Of a DNA stretch of 64,000 nucleotides, positions 25,745 to 40,582 are shown piece after piece. The notes beneath the pieces were generated by a model. The model was not told the DNA's origin, ran no database searches, and was given only the letters and a program-made list of their open reading frames with translations. Source of the DNA: Macrostomum lignano. Lineage: Eukaryota. A program made the translations under genes and the position numbers. Location of the stretch: assembly GCA_002269645.1 (NCBI GenBank), contig NIVC01001157.1, positions 186,001 through 250,000 on the forward strand, given 5' to 3'. Every line of letters starts with the position of its first letter. Position 1 is the stretch's first letter.

Positions 25745-26087
25745 TAGTCTCTGTCTTAGTGTCCGTCTGTCTGTCTGTTAGTCTGTCTTAGCGTCTGTCT
25801 TAGTATGTCTTAGTGTCTGTCTTAGTATCTGTCTTAGTGTCTGTCTTAGTATCTGTCTTAGTGTCTGTCTTAGTGTCTGTCTGTCTGTCTGTCTTAGTCT
25901 CTGTCTTAGTGTCCGTCTGTCTGTCTGTTAGTCTGTCTTAGCATCTGTCTTAGTATCTGTCTTAGTGTCTGTCTTAGTATCTGTCTTAGTGTCTGTCTTA
26001 GTATCTGTCTTAGTGTCTGTCTTAGTGTCTGTCTTAGTGTCTGTCTGTCTGTCTGTCTTAGTGTCTGTCTGTCCGTCTGTCTATCTC

Positions 26088-26142
<55 letters not shown>

Positions 26143-26148
26143 CTCTGT
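24925..26148 (+). repeat. 12-bp GTCTGTCTTAGT minisatellite interleaved with (GTCT)n
   Basis: Visible. Confidence 0.96.
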
Positions 26149-26944
26149 CCGTGTGTCGCTCTGTTTTTATCTAATTTCTGACAATGGGTTCCATTGCAGA
26201 ACATTGCAATTCGCACCATGAATGCCAGCCACCAAGGCACAGAGATGGTACCCGTCTGACATGAAAAAGAAAAAGGCCACTCACTGTGCACGCTGCATGA
26301 GCGTTTGACTGTGCACCGCAGTACGTATTTGGGTCTGTTATTGAGTGCAAGACTGCTAATTTTGAATAGCCTAATCTGTGAGAGCATAAGAAACCGAAAG
26401 CAATGCCCATCCAGATCTTTTAAAAAACCGCGCTCAGCTGCGATGCGAGCTAAAAGTGCAAGCTGCCCTCGACGAAGCTGAGGTTCTCAATCTTGCTAAT
26501 GAAAACCTTGCGTTTCACGTGTTCTCCATTAGGACTCTTGCTTTTCTTCAAAGAATATTTCTGTGGCCAGCATAGAGACTTTGTTGCCATGGGAAGGACT
26601 GTAAGGGTTAATTTCAGTGCCCACAAGGCTTTGACAGATGGCTTGTACTACGTCGAGTTCAGTGAGATGGCCTGCTCGAGACGTGAATAGTAGGGATCTG
26701 TCTTCGATTCAGTTCGAGCAGATGATAGCTATGACATGTCTGATGAGTCTCTGCCTCTCTGAGAGCCACTCTGCGTTGGACCCGCAAAGCTCATTCCTCT
26801 GCTCAAGTCTTTTCAACATCAACATTAATTTTCTTTTTTTGCCTCACACAGTCGGGCTCAGCATGAATGCAAGTCACTGTTTTTGTCCGAGGCATCCTGC
26901 AGTACGAGGTAGGTAGATGTAAGTGGAAAGATAATAATTATATT

Positions 26945-28385
<1,441 letters not shown>

Positions 28386-29407
28386 ACATAGGTATCCATA
28401 TCAACTGCCGCTGCAATTTTCTCAATGCCAACAACACTGACACGCAAGGGCATCAAATTTGGCCCAGCCTGGCCCGCTGCTGAGCGGGATTGACTATAAT
28501 TGAATTTCTTCAAGAATTACGGATTCAATTCCCAATCTCGTCGGAGAGAAGCAAACAGTCTTCATAAATGATCAAAAATAAATCTACGAGTTTGCGAAAA
28601 AACCTGATGCCATTTTGGAGACGTTTCTTTGACAGCAGAACATGAATAAGTGTAATAAATTATGACAACAGGCTTATGTATACCCCACCAGCTCAGAATA
28701 ACAAAACCAACTTTATTCCGAATATAAAATTTGATGTTAATAAAAGTAAAAAAACATGAATTGTTCGTTGCATAGCTAACAGTCTGATTATTTATTTAAT
28801 GAAATACAGAAATAACTTTATTGCAAAGATAACTAGAAAGGCAATAGTCTGACAAAATAGTTTCAAAAACTACGTTATTTATCGTATTTCTAAGAAAACG
28901 AACACAACAAAAATATATGTGGTTTAAATAATTGCAATGATCACAATATTTTTAACAAATTATGACTGGTAAAATAAGATGCGAGTCAATATTGTCAACT
29001 TTTCATTAATTTCACTTCACCATAGAAAACTAAATTGCACAAGTGAAATTTAAATTTAAAAGTCTAAAACGACAACAACCATTAAAACAAAACATGCCGC
29101 GTTTGATTTGATTTAAAAAAATATTTTTTGTACACAGATGCTCTTCAAAAAAGTTTTAATTGACCAAAATAATGTACAAAAAATCATACGAAAAATTATA
29201 AAAAAATGACAAAGAATGAGAAACCCATTGCTGCATCCTTTTTACATAGAGTTTTACTAAATGAATTTAAAATATGGCTAGAGATAAAACGATATCGCAA
29301 ACAATCGAAACTGACTAGTTAACAGACTTTAATCATCTGAATCCAAAAAATGAATACTGAGTGAGAGCAGGCAGTAGCTGTGACACTTCCTTTGATACTT
29401 GTACATT

Positions 29408-29830
29408 ATGGCTTCTACCTGTTAGATATTGGCTTCTACCTGTTAGATATTTGATTCTACCTGTTAGATACTGGATTCTACCTGTTAGATAATAACTTCT
29501 GCCTGTTAGATATTGGCTTCTACCTGTTGGGTTTTGGCTTCTATTTGTTATACATTGGCTTCTACCTGTTAGATACTAGCTTCTACGTGTTAGATACTAG
29601 CTTCTACCTGTTAGATATTGGATTACACCTGTTAGATATGGGTTCTACCTGTTAGATATTAGCTTCTACCTGTTAGATATTGGATTCTACCTGTTAGATA
29701 TGGGATTCTACCTGTTAGATATTGGCTTCTACCTGTTAGATTCTAGCTTCTACCTGTTAGATTCTAGCTTCTACCTGTTAGATATTGGCTTCTACCTGTT
29801 AGATATCAGCTTCTACCTGTTAGATATTGG
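29408..29830 (+). repeat. 21-bp minisatellite (TTCTACCTGTTAGATATTGGC) immediately downstream of the NCAM-like stop codon
   Basis: Visible; inverse of the array at 32045-32662. Confidence 0.95.
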
Positions 29831-29838
29831 CATTAGTT

Positions 29839-32800
29839 TCAACGCCAAACAAAGCCAGCTTGCACAGACCACACGGCGGCAGCAGCGAACAGCCACTCCT
29901 TGCCGAAGGTGCCTCGACGCCCCAGGCCGCCGCTGCCGCGGCTGCTCCTCCAGCCGACTACGTCTACATCGTGGGGCTTCATCGGCGTCCTGAACACCAG
30001 GACCTCGCTGCGCTCAGACAAACCCAAACTGTTGCCAACTCGAACCTGGATTTCGTAGTGCGCGCCCGGCAACAGGCGCTCGATTCGATAGGCGGTCTGT
30101 CCGGGCGGCAGCCGGGGGTTCAGCGAGTGCCAGCCGGTCAGCACTCGACGGACAACCGGCCGATTGTCCGGCCCGGCCTCGGCCAGCACCTGTCGGATGC
30201 GGATGCGATAGCGGTCCACGGGCAGGCCGCCATTGTTCAGCACCCGCCAGCGCAGCAGGAACGCTCGAGGGTCCTCGCTGAAGAAGTCTTCAACTAGGCG
30301 GAAGCTGGTTGGCGGGGTGAGTTCCCCGGTGGTGTAGTTGATGCTGGCGCGACCGCCCACTCCGGCGAGGTTCCTGGCGGCGATGTACACCTTGTAGTTG
30401 GTGTTGGGCTGCAGGTAGCGGATCTGCAACCGAGTCAGGCGGAAAAGCTTGGTTAGAAGAGCTGGTTTGCAATTTCCTTAGCTGGTGTTTTAAGACCTGT
30501 GATTTATGGACTAATAATGTTCCCTGGTGCCAAAGCCCCTGGTGCTAAAGCCCCTGGTGCTAAAGCCCCTGGTGCTAAAGCCACTGGTGCTAAAGCTGCT
30601 GGTACTAAAGCCCCTGGTGCTAAAGCCCCTGGTGCTAAAGCTTCTTGGAGCTAAAGCCCCTGGTGCTGGCGCCCCTCCCCCAGCTCACGGTGATTCGGCC
30701 GTCATCCAGGTTGAATGCTGCCGGCCCGATCTCGGGTCCATCGTTGACCCTGTAGTTCAGCTCGTAGCCGACCAGGCGGACTCCGCCGGTGTCCTCGGGC
30801 GGTACAATGGCGAAGGCCAGGCTGGTTGGCGTGCTCTCCTCCTTGTTGATGATCACATCCGGTGTGCCCGGCCGTCTGGCCTCCAGCAGCAGCACCGCGG
30901 GAGACTCAACCGAGCCGAACTGATTGGTTGCTAGGCAAACGTACCGGCCGAACACGGGCGCGCCGGGAGCGAGTGGCGACACTCGAAGCGTCGATGTGGA
31001 CGCGTCGCTCGGTTTGGCGACGTCCTCGGAGGTCGCCGAGACGCCCGGAGTGTCCAGCAGAGGCAGCGGAACTCCGTTGAGCTGCCAGGTGATGTCTGGC
31101 GGCGGATTGCCGCGAGCTGAGCAGCGCAGCAGCGTCTCGTGATGCTGCCAGGTGTACCGCTGTGCCGGCTGGGACGGCTCCAGCACCTGCGGCGGGTACA
31201 GCACCTCCAGCAGGCCTGTGTAGGTTGCAGTACCTGACAGGGTGCTGGCGATGCAGGTGTACCTGCCACCGTCCGACGGTTGGAGGTCTGCTCAAAATTT
31301 ATGGGGGGTTTTTAAGGGGAGCATTGTGAGTGGTTTTTTGAATTTTATCAGCCCGTAATATAAGTTCTTTGAGACCATTGAAATATGAAGGGTATAAGTT
31401 TCTGAGGGATTTGAGTTTATTGAGACTTGAGTTTATAGGGATTTAAGTTTACTGAGATTTGAGTTTATTGAGATTTGAGTTTATTGAGATTTGAGTTTAT
31501 TGGGATTTGAGTTTATAGGGATATTTTTTTAATTGGTATTTGGAGCATTGAAGCAAGGTATTATGGATCGAAAAAATAAGTCTCAATGCGAGGCCGCAAG
31601 GAGTAATGGGGAAATCACAGGCTTCATTTGCCTTGAACAAGTAATAAGCAATGAAAGGCATTTTCGCCACTGGATATAATAATTAATCATATGTAAATTA
31701 TAGCATGCACTTCTCCATCTAGATCTTCCCCGCCTTTAGTCTCTAAGGGGTTTTGCGCGCGCATTCTATTCTCTCAGTCAAGTGATAAATGGCATTGGCT
31801 TGTTCTCGATTTCTCATCTCTCAATCCCGGGATTTGAGCTGGCGGGATTAGACTTGAGGCCTGGAAGGTCGAATTACCAATTCATCTGGGTGGGGATTAA
31901 ACAAATCATTGGGCTGTCATCTCCCTAAACAAATAGTACTTATGTCGTACACTTGGTGCATTCAATCAGGGTGACGCTATTTTTGACAACAAAAACAGAA
32001 TATAGGATCTATAATTTGGGATCTGGGGTTTATTTATTAAGTATTAATATATCCAACAGGTAGAATTCCATATTTAACAGGTCGAATTCCATATCTAACA
32101 GGTCGAATTCCATATCTAACAGGTCGAATTCCATATCTAACAGGTCTAATTCCATATCTAACAGGTCGAATTCCATATCTAACAGGTCGAATTCCACATC
32201 TAACTGGTCTAATTCCATATCTAACAGGTCGAATTCCACATCTAACAGGTCTAATTCCATATCTAACAGGTCTAATTCCATATCTAACAGGTCTAATTCC
32301 ATATCTAGCAGGTCGAATTCCATATCTAACAGGTGGAATTCCATATCTAAAAGGTCGAATTCCATATCTAAAAGGTCGAATTCCATATCTAACAGGTCTA
32401 ATTCCACATCTAACAGGTCGAATTCCATATCTAACAGGTCGAATTCCATATCTAACAGGTCGAATTCCATATCTAACAGGTCGAATTACATATCTAACAG
32501 GTCTAATTCCATATCTAGCAGGTCGAATTCCATATCTAGCAGGTCGAATTCCATATCTAACAGGTCGAATTCCACATCTAACATGTAAAATCCCATATCT
32601 ATTAGGTAGAATCCCATATCTAACAGGTAGAATCCCATATCTAACAGGTAGAACCCCACATTGAACATGTCAAATCTCATATCGATTAAGGTACGAATCC
32701 TCCTACTTTCAACACCAGTTCCCTCACCTTTAATCTCCATCTTCAGCTTGGCATAGCTGGAGTTCTTCTCCTCCTTTAGCAGTACCCGGCTAGACATTGC

Positions 32801-35800
32801 CGTCAGGGCGTCTGCTTCAACGCCTCCATCGCTCTCGCGCTGGAATTTCAACCCGATGTCGGCCGCGTCGGCACCTTGGGCACGACAGCTCAGAGCGGCG
32901 CTGCCGCCCACCGCAGCCGAGGCGTGCATGAGGGACTTCTCCGTGATCCGAGGTTTGTAAATCACCTGAGGTGTCAGCCTTTGGCGAATGGTTGGCAGGA
33001 GGATTTATGCTAATCCTGGATTTGGAAAATAAACTTTGCTTATATCTGGGATCTAGGATCTGGGATCTAGGATCTGGGATCTAGGATCTGGGATCTAGGA
33101 TCTGGGATCTAGGATCTGGGATCTAGGATCTGGGATCTAGGATCTGGGATCTAGGATCTGGGATCTAGGATCTGGGATCTAGGATCTGGGATCTAGGATC
33201 TGGGATCTAGGATCTGGGATCTAGGATCTGGGATCTAGGATCTGGGATCTAGGATCTGGGATCTAGGATCTGGGATCTAGGATCTGGGATCTAGGATCTG
33301 GGATCTAGGATCTGGGATCTAGGATCTGGGATCTAGGATCTGGGATCTAGGATCTGGGATCTAGGATCTGGGATCTAGGATCTGGGATCTAGGATCTGGG
33401 ATCTAGGATCTGGGATCTAGGATCTGGGATCTAGGATCTGGGATCTAGGATCTGGGATCTAGGATCTGGGATCTAGGATCTGGGATCTAGGATCTGGGAT
33501 CTAGGATCTGGGATCTAGGATCTGGGATCTAGGATCTGGGATCTAGGATCTGGGATCTAGGATCTGGGATCTAGGATCTGGGATCTAGGATCTGGGATCT
33601 AGGATCTGGGATCTAGGATCTGGGATCTAGGATCTGGGATCTAGGATCTGGGATCTAGGATCTGGGATCTAGGATCTGGGATCTAGGATCTGGGATCTAG
33701 GATCTGGGATCTAGGATCTGGGATCTAGGATCTGGGATCTAGGATCTGGGATCTAGGATCTGGGATCTAGGATCTGGGATCTAGGATCTGGGATCTAGGA
33801 TCTGGGATCTAGGATCTGGGATCTAGGATCTGGGATCTAGGATCTGGGATCTAGGATCTGGGATCTAGGATCTGGGATCTAGGATCTGGGATCTAGGATC
33901 TGGGATCTAGGATCTGGGATCTAGGATCTGGGATCTAGGATCTGGGATCTAGGATCTGGGATCTAGGATCTGGGATCTAGGATCTGGGATCTAGGATCTG
34001 GGATCTAGGATCTGGGATCTAGGATCTGGGATCTAGGATCTGGGATCTAGGATCTGGGATCTAGGATCTGGGATCTAGGATCTGGGATCTAGGATCTGGG
34101 ATCTAGGATCTGGGATCTAGGATCTGGGATCTGTACTAATATGCATCACAGACTAGCAGGGATTACATCGATCAATACTAGCTATCATTGCTACATGTGA
34201 CCCTTGCCTGAGTAACTGCCCAATCCCCCTTTGCAGAAATCCCTACATTTATTTACTTTCCTCTTCAATCTGCCCTGCCCAGATACACAAAATAGACCCA
34301 AAGTGCGTCCTCTTTAGGGGAAATTTTCCATGCAATTAAGTGGGCTCTTGAAGCAAAAATTAAGGATATTATCCCTACTCTAAATGCGAATGCAAACCTG
34401 ATACCCCCTGTCTACACCCACCGCTTGCTGAATCAGCTGCTCTGGGTGAATAATTTTCTGAGAGGCACAAAATCGAAGTTGCCAGATCGATCAGCTGTTT
34501 AGTTGGAGAGTTTTTGGCAGTACTTGATGCAGCGGCATTAGAAGATTTTCCAGATTTCATGTTGCCAACCCGTCTGCTTTGATGCCTGCTGCTTGCATAT
34601 TCGTCCTATAGCTAGCATGATTTTGCTTGTGTTGAAAGAATTGGCCTGTTTTTTATTGTCTACCATCCTTTGTCTCTGTCTCTCGTTTCTCTCTCCTTTC
34701 CTCTCTCTTCCTCTCTCCCTTCATCTCTCTCCTTTATCTCTCCCTTCATCTCTCTTCCTCTCTCTCCCTTCCTCTCTCCCTTCCTTTCTCCCTTCCTCTC
34801 TCCCTCTCTCTCTTCCTCTCTCTTCCTCTCTCTTCCTCTCTCTCCCTTCCTCTCTCCTTTCATTTCTCCCTTCCTCTCTCCCTTCCTCTCTCTTCCTCTC
34901 TCTCCCTTCCCCTCTCCCTTCGTCTCTCTTCCTCTCTCTCCCTTCATTTCTCTTCCTCTCTCTCCCTTCCTCTCTCCCTTCCTTTCTCCCTTCCTCTCTC
35001 CCTCTCTCTTCCTCTCTCTCCCTTCCTCTCTCCTTTCATTTCTCCCTTCCTCTCTCCCTTCCTCTCTCTTCCTCTCTCTCCCTTCCCCTCTCCCTTCATC
35101 TCTCTTCCTCTCTCTCCCTTCCTCTCTCCCTTCATCTCTCCCTTCATTTCTCTTCCTCTCTCTCCCTTCCTCTCTCCCTCCATCTCTCTTCCCCTCTCTC
35201 CCTTTATCTCTCCCTTCATCTCTCTTCCTCTCTCTCCCTTCCTCTCTCCCTTCCTTTCTCCCTTCCTCTCTCCCTCTCTCCCTTCCTCTCTCTTCCTCTC
35301 TCTCCCTTCGAGATCCTTTCATTTCTCCCTTCCTCTCTCTTCCTCTCTCTCCCTTCCTAGGAATAAATAGGAATTTAAGTCTCTAAGCTACAAGATAAAG
35401 TCGGATATTCTACTGGCTTATGAAGGAAAGGAAAGAAGGGTTTGGCTTTCTACGAGTCCAAAAAGTACCATTATCCATCGGCCAAAATTGAACGCCCACA
35501 TACTCTAATTATTAATAATTAACGAGCCAAGTGAGTAGCAGGTTCAAGACTCCCAGAGGTGCTAATTGTTTTGTTAATCCTACAGTAATCTGCCCAACAA
35601 CACTACTGAAACAGGCTGCTGCATTGCTAAAGCATGCCCCATCGATTGAGGCCATGGAGAACACTTTAATAGAACCTGGATCGGGGAACTCCAATCTCTG
35701 TTGCTTGGATTCCAATACTCTAGAACTAGTAGTCCATGGCCCGCAGATGGCAGCCCCCTCCCAACTCTCTCCACAATGAGTTCATTCCCGTCAGTTCCTC

Positions 35801-38194
35801 TTCTGAGTTTCAGATTCCCATCCAACACCGGAGATTACGTAATTTGCTCTCCCTCTCAAGTCAAGTATTGGAAGTGAGAATTAGTTTACTGAAGTGGACC
35901 CGTAGCAAAGTAATGGCAAGGAGATTCATGCATAATTCAATACGACCTTGGTCCCCCACAGATTTTGCACACTAATTTACATTGCATAGTAGCTATCATG
36001 TTGTACAATGCTGAGTAAAAACACTGCTTTCTGAATAAATTATCTATGACGAGTTAGAAACCAGAAAGATATTGGGGAGAAGCTATTTAAAAATACAGTA
36101 TGGAGTGATAGTAATACTATTAATAATAATACAATAATAATATTTATTACACATGCCCCAATGGCCAGATGTGCAACCGACAGCTCAGCCGCAGCTATTG
36201 CGCGGCGCATCTGAAGGCTGCGTACGGCTGTTCAGTCCAAGGACTGGGGGCCGTCGCCACACACCCTCAATTACCCCAGCTAATGCTGGCACCCATTTTA
36301 CAGCTGGTTGAACTGAAGCAATGCAGAGTTAAGTGTCTTAATCAAGGACACAAATTGTTCCAGTGGAATTGGGAATCGAACCCTCGACCTTCAAGTCGCG
36401 AGTCCAACGCTCTAACCACTAGGCTACAACCACCCCTCCCCACTAGGCTACAGTTTATGACTGTGGTGTCATGGCGACCTACTGACTCTGATCCAAGGGG
36501 CCAGATACTGCCTGCATGAAATTCATATTCCCGTATGCAGCCAATGATTTAAAAACTTTTGAGCTTTGAGAATTTTGATATCAGAGTCCTACTTAAAAAT
36601 AGTTTAATAATCCAGTTTATATGAGTAGTCAGAATACACTGCTGCTCATTGATGATGAAGCTGGAAGCATATTGAAGATAAAATGCTACGATAGTGGTTC
36701 ATTTTCAAGTATTGCATACAAAATAGTCAAGGGCACTATAGGGGATTACGATATTCTATAGTTCAGGGTCATTGTGACCCACAGGTCATCTAGGGTCAAG
36801 ACAATTAAAGTCTTAATGAGTTTATGAACATTGTGAGCTCAAAGGTCACTATAAGGTCAAGCCTCAAGGTCATGGTCAGGCTAATAGTCATTCTCCGGCT
36901 TAAAAGGTCATAGTCAGGCAAAGGTCATCGTCAGGCTAATAGTAATTGTCAGGCAAAGGTCATCATCAGGCTAATAGTCACTGTCAGGCTAATAGTAATT
37001 GTTTGACTAAGGTCATTGTCAGTTCAAGGTCACGAACGGGACTCACTCCTTCGTGTCGGTCACCAGCACGCCGGCCTCCTGAATGGTCAGCGTGGCTCGG
37101 CACGCGAAGGTCGGCACGGGCCGCAGGAATGCGGAATCCTCCGATTCGTCCGGGCCGCCCGCCCCGTTGCCCATGAAGTTGAACACCTTCAGCACCGATT
37201 TTGTCGGCGACCGCTGGTCGGATTTCTCATCACGACGGCTGGCGAAGGCGATCTCGGACAAGCTGGCCGGATCTGAGAAGTCAATGGGCCGGCCCTGGAT
37301 TAACCAGTCAATTTGCGCCGGCGGACGCGAGTCCACCAGACAGGCGAACTCGTTAGTGAGGCCCTGGACCGCCTTGCCGCCGCCCGCGCTCGCCACCCAG
37401 GGGCCGCGTAGGATGCGCGGCTTCCGATAGACCCGAAGTTGAACAACTCGAACGTCGATCTGGGCGTCCAAATCTGCGCCGATGGCGGGCAGGCGACCCT
37501 GGCAGGCGTAGGCACCCTCGTCCGACTCCAGGGCTCGCGTCACCAACAGGGTCGATCCGTTGGACCTCACCCGCTCCCTTCCGCCTCCAGCTTTCACATC
37601 CGGTATCTTGCGACGCTCCCGGTACCACGAGATTTGAATGCTGGCTTCGTTTGCGGCTGGCAGCGGCTCGGCCGAGGTGCACACGGCTTTGCCGTCGGAG
37701 CCCTGACGGAGCCACTGCACCGGCGGCGCCGTCAGTCGCAGTCGGCGGGCCACGTCGACCCGAAGGCTTGCCGCGGCGCCCGTCTCTTCGTCTTTGCACA
37801 CGAAGATGCCGGCGTGTCGTTCGGGCGACGCTCGCGGCGCAACCAGCAGCGCTGTTGCTAAGCGACCATTGTCGGCGGAGTCGGACAGGACGAAGTCGGC
37901 ATCGTCCGAGCTGGAGGAGCCGCTGAAGTGGTCAACCGGGCTGCCGTCCGGTGCGAGCCAGAGCAGGCCGCCGACAGAGGAGTCGCGGCTTCTACGAAGG
38001 CAGCAGCTGAGCAGGAGGCGGTCGCCAGCGAACACCCGCTTGGGCTGGTCGCCGCCGCTGATGCCGGGCTCGTTGAGTGCCGGACAATAAGCCGGCGGGC
38101 TGGCGGTTGCCAGACAGGCAGCAGACAGAACGGCAACGATGGCTAGTAGGGCACCTTCAACAAGTGTTTTCCAAGTCATGATTCGAATGGCCAT
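29839..38194 (-). CDS. NCAM/Fasciclin II-like cell-adhesion protein (signal peptide, 5 Ig, 2 FN3, possibly GPI-anchored); complement(join(38194..37047,32978..32728,31287..30689,30423..29839)), 860 aa
   Basis: All junctions GT-AG with consistent phases (2,1,0), total 2583 nt. Ig Cys pairs: LLSCC..FVC, AVC..YAC, FAC..FAC, LSC..YTC, LRC..YVC. FN3 motifs LQPNTNYKVYIAARNLAG and LLPGAHYEIQVRVGNSLG. Confidence 0.9.
30527..30667 (+). repeat. 15-bp minisatellite (GGTGCTAAAGCCCCT) in NCAM-like intron 3
   Basis: Visible. Confidence 0.93.
31409..31518 (+). repeat. 16-bp repeat (GATTTGAGTTTATTGA) in NCAM-like intron 2
   Basis: Visible, about 7 copies. Confidence 0.85.
32045..32662 (-). repeat. 21-bp minisatellite (ATATCTAACAGGTCGAATTCC on +) in NCAM-like intron 2
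   Basis: Visible; same family as 29408-29830, inverted. Confidence 0.95.
33045..34133 (+). repeat. Perfect 14-bp array (GGATCTAGGATCTG)n, about 78 copies
   Basis: Visible; no variant monomers seen. Confidence 0.98.
34680..35357 (+). repeat. CT-rich low-complexity repeat
   Basis: Visible. Confidence 0.94.
36140..36436 (-). mobile_element. tRNA-derived CORE-SINE, apparently full length
   Basis: Minus strand: A box TAGCCTAGTGG, B box GGTTCGATTCC, then GTGTCCTTGATTAAGACACTTAACTCT...CTTCAGTT...CTGTAAAATGGG, resembling the MIR/CORE domain; (AAT)n-rich tail. Confidence 0.85.
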
Positions 38195-40582
38195 TGTTGA
38201 CCATTAGAGTCGCGTGTGCGACGGTTTTGATGGCAGAAAGATAAATTTTTAATATTTACCAATCATGTATCATCAAGCCAAAAGATTTATTTTGTATATG
38301 TAGCTAGGAGCAGTAATATAAGAAGCAGCCTTTTATAAAGACGTAAATAACTATTAAAACGAATTTTCACAGGTTTGCTATTCTTTTAGTTATACAAATA
38401 GCATATAAAACTTGCCAATCAAAATTAGAAAAAAAAGAATTTAGTGGACAAAATAAATACATATTAATGGATAATAGAATGACACAAAAGTTATAACAGA
38501 CTATTTTAAATCGTCGCATAGCTCTTTAAAACTGTTTTATTTAGGTACTCGTAAATTAATAAAAAGCTTCTAAGGCACCTCAGCCATAGAAGTCAAAACT
38601 TTAGCAGTTTAAATTTGAGCAAAAAAATTAGTAATTATTGCTTTCAACTATAATATAAACAACAAAATAGATCAAGGTAAACAAAAATATTACAGCTAAA
38701 CAAAAAACTGCAAATATAAATTGTTAATTATTTAACTCAGACTTAGAAACTACACTGAATTTCGCTTTAGAAATGCTAACTTAATTAATTTTAAAACTTC
38801 TTAAAATTTATAAGGTTAGGTTTGTGCTGACTTTTGTTTAGATGTTTTACCTTTACCTTTTAGGAACGTTGATAAATTTTAAGCAAATCGCCTCGAGTAA
38901 AAAACGAGTTTAATAACTTTTCTAGTTTATGTCTGTAATTTTTCAATTAAAAAATGGCTTTGAATAAAAAATAACTCGCAATTCACGATATCTTAACTCG
39001 ACCAATAAAGTCTGAAGCTTAGGAAAATCGGTTTAAAAAATAGCAGAATCAACTACAAACACATGCCATGATAAAAATTGCTTTAATTTAATAGCGAAAC
39101 ACAGAAAAAAACTATTTATTAATCTACCGAGATTATATATAAAGATCTAGAGGTCGCTGTGTTAGTCTATAGAGAAGTTTTGTTTTAAATGATGAATTTT
39201 GCCATTATTGTTTTAATAGTCGTTATTAAAAAGTGACTACGTCTATAAATATTTTTGGTAATAAATCGCTAGCTTACCTTCTCATTGTACTTAAGTCATA
39301 TACACAAAAAACTTAAGAAATAAATGTATGCAAAAGCAGAGAATTATTTTTGAGTCTTCAAACAAGTACACTTATACACTGTATACTTTGTTGCTCTTTA
39401 CACATACATATAAAAATATTCAAAAGTTATGTACTATAGGCATGCACCCTGGCGCAACGATGTCAGTAAAATGCCCCACGAACATCGCTGCGAAAATTCT
39501 ACGAGTATACATATTTCGTTGACTATACATGTACTATAAAGTACATAAAACGTGCATTCATACATGCCGACTAATTGTCAGATAATGTGTAGATCCTGTT
39601 GCCTTGAGGACTTTACCCTCTTAGACGTGAATAGTTAATTAATTACCCAAATTAATTGATGTGCAGTTAAGTGGCCGCGCGCGAATACGAACCGAGAGGT
39701 CGTGGTGCGGGAGTCAGACCCGTTTAAATGTACCGCGTGTACGCAAACATGTACAAATGCATGTACTGCAAATTTATAGCGTAATTTTTAGAGCTGATCT
39801 CATGAATGAACCTGCGCTGTTCAATTAATCCAAGGTAATGACACCCACGCCTGGTAAAAATTGGCCCACAATTCACTAACGACCGAAGTGAATGTACCGA
39901 GCTACATATTTTACATGCATGTGAATTAAACATGCATTCCTGACCATAAATCACCAACTGACTGAGTACGAGTCAATGAAGTCTGACTAGGAAACAAAGT
40001 TTTGGTCTATCGTAAAAAAATTTTTTTGAAGATTCGAAGGCGAAAATAATTATATTACTAATTATAAATTACTATCATTACTATAATAACACAATTACAT
40101 GTACATGCAATAAGAAAGCTATATAGCAGCAAATATATTTGGTTAAATTTAAACCGGAAAAAATGAAAAATAAAAAAACGGTTTCAAAAAAACAAGAAGC
40201 GCAGGGTTAGTAAGCCAAAAGGTACTGAAAAAAGTCATAATCAGGTGTGAAATTACGAGGGGTGATTTATCTCTCAGAACAATCATTGAAGAGTTACTTA
40301 AACCTTGTTTCATAAAATTGATGTGGAAGAAGCTTTGAGGAGTTCTTGCCAGGCACAAATGCTACTAACATATGCGCAAAAAAAACAAATAACAACAACA
40401 ACAACAACAACAACAAATTGCCTATTTTACATGTCACCTGCAACCACCCTGAATCGACTCTGGGTCGCTTCTTGGCCTAGGTATACCGTTTTCATTGCGA
40501 AATCACAAAAAAAATTCAGAAGCTTAGATTGATTCCCAATTCTGAAAATCCCCTTTTTAAATATCGATTTTGCCATTTTGAA

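Noticed and set aside
26500-26830. Minus-strand frame of about 95 codons with one internal stop
   Set aside because: No motif recognised; cannot support a pseudogene call.
35580-35828. Possible alternative exon in NCAM-like intron 1
   Set aside because: No Ig-type Cys/Trp pattern and no phase-compatible splice sites identified.
36370-36436. tRNA gene
   Set aside because: A and B boxes are present but no full cloverleaf; it continues into CORE and tail sequence, so it is a SINE head.
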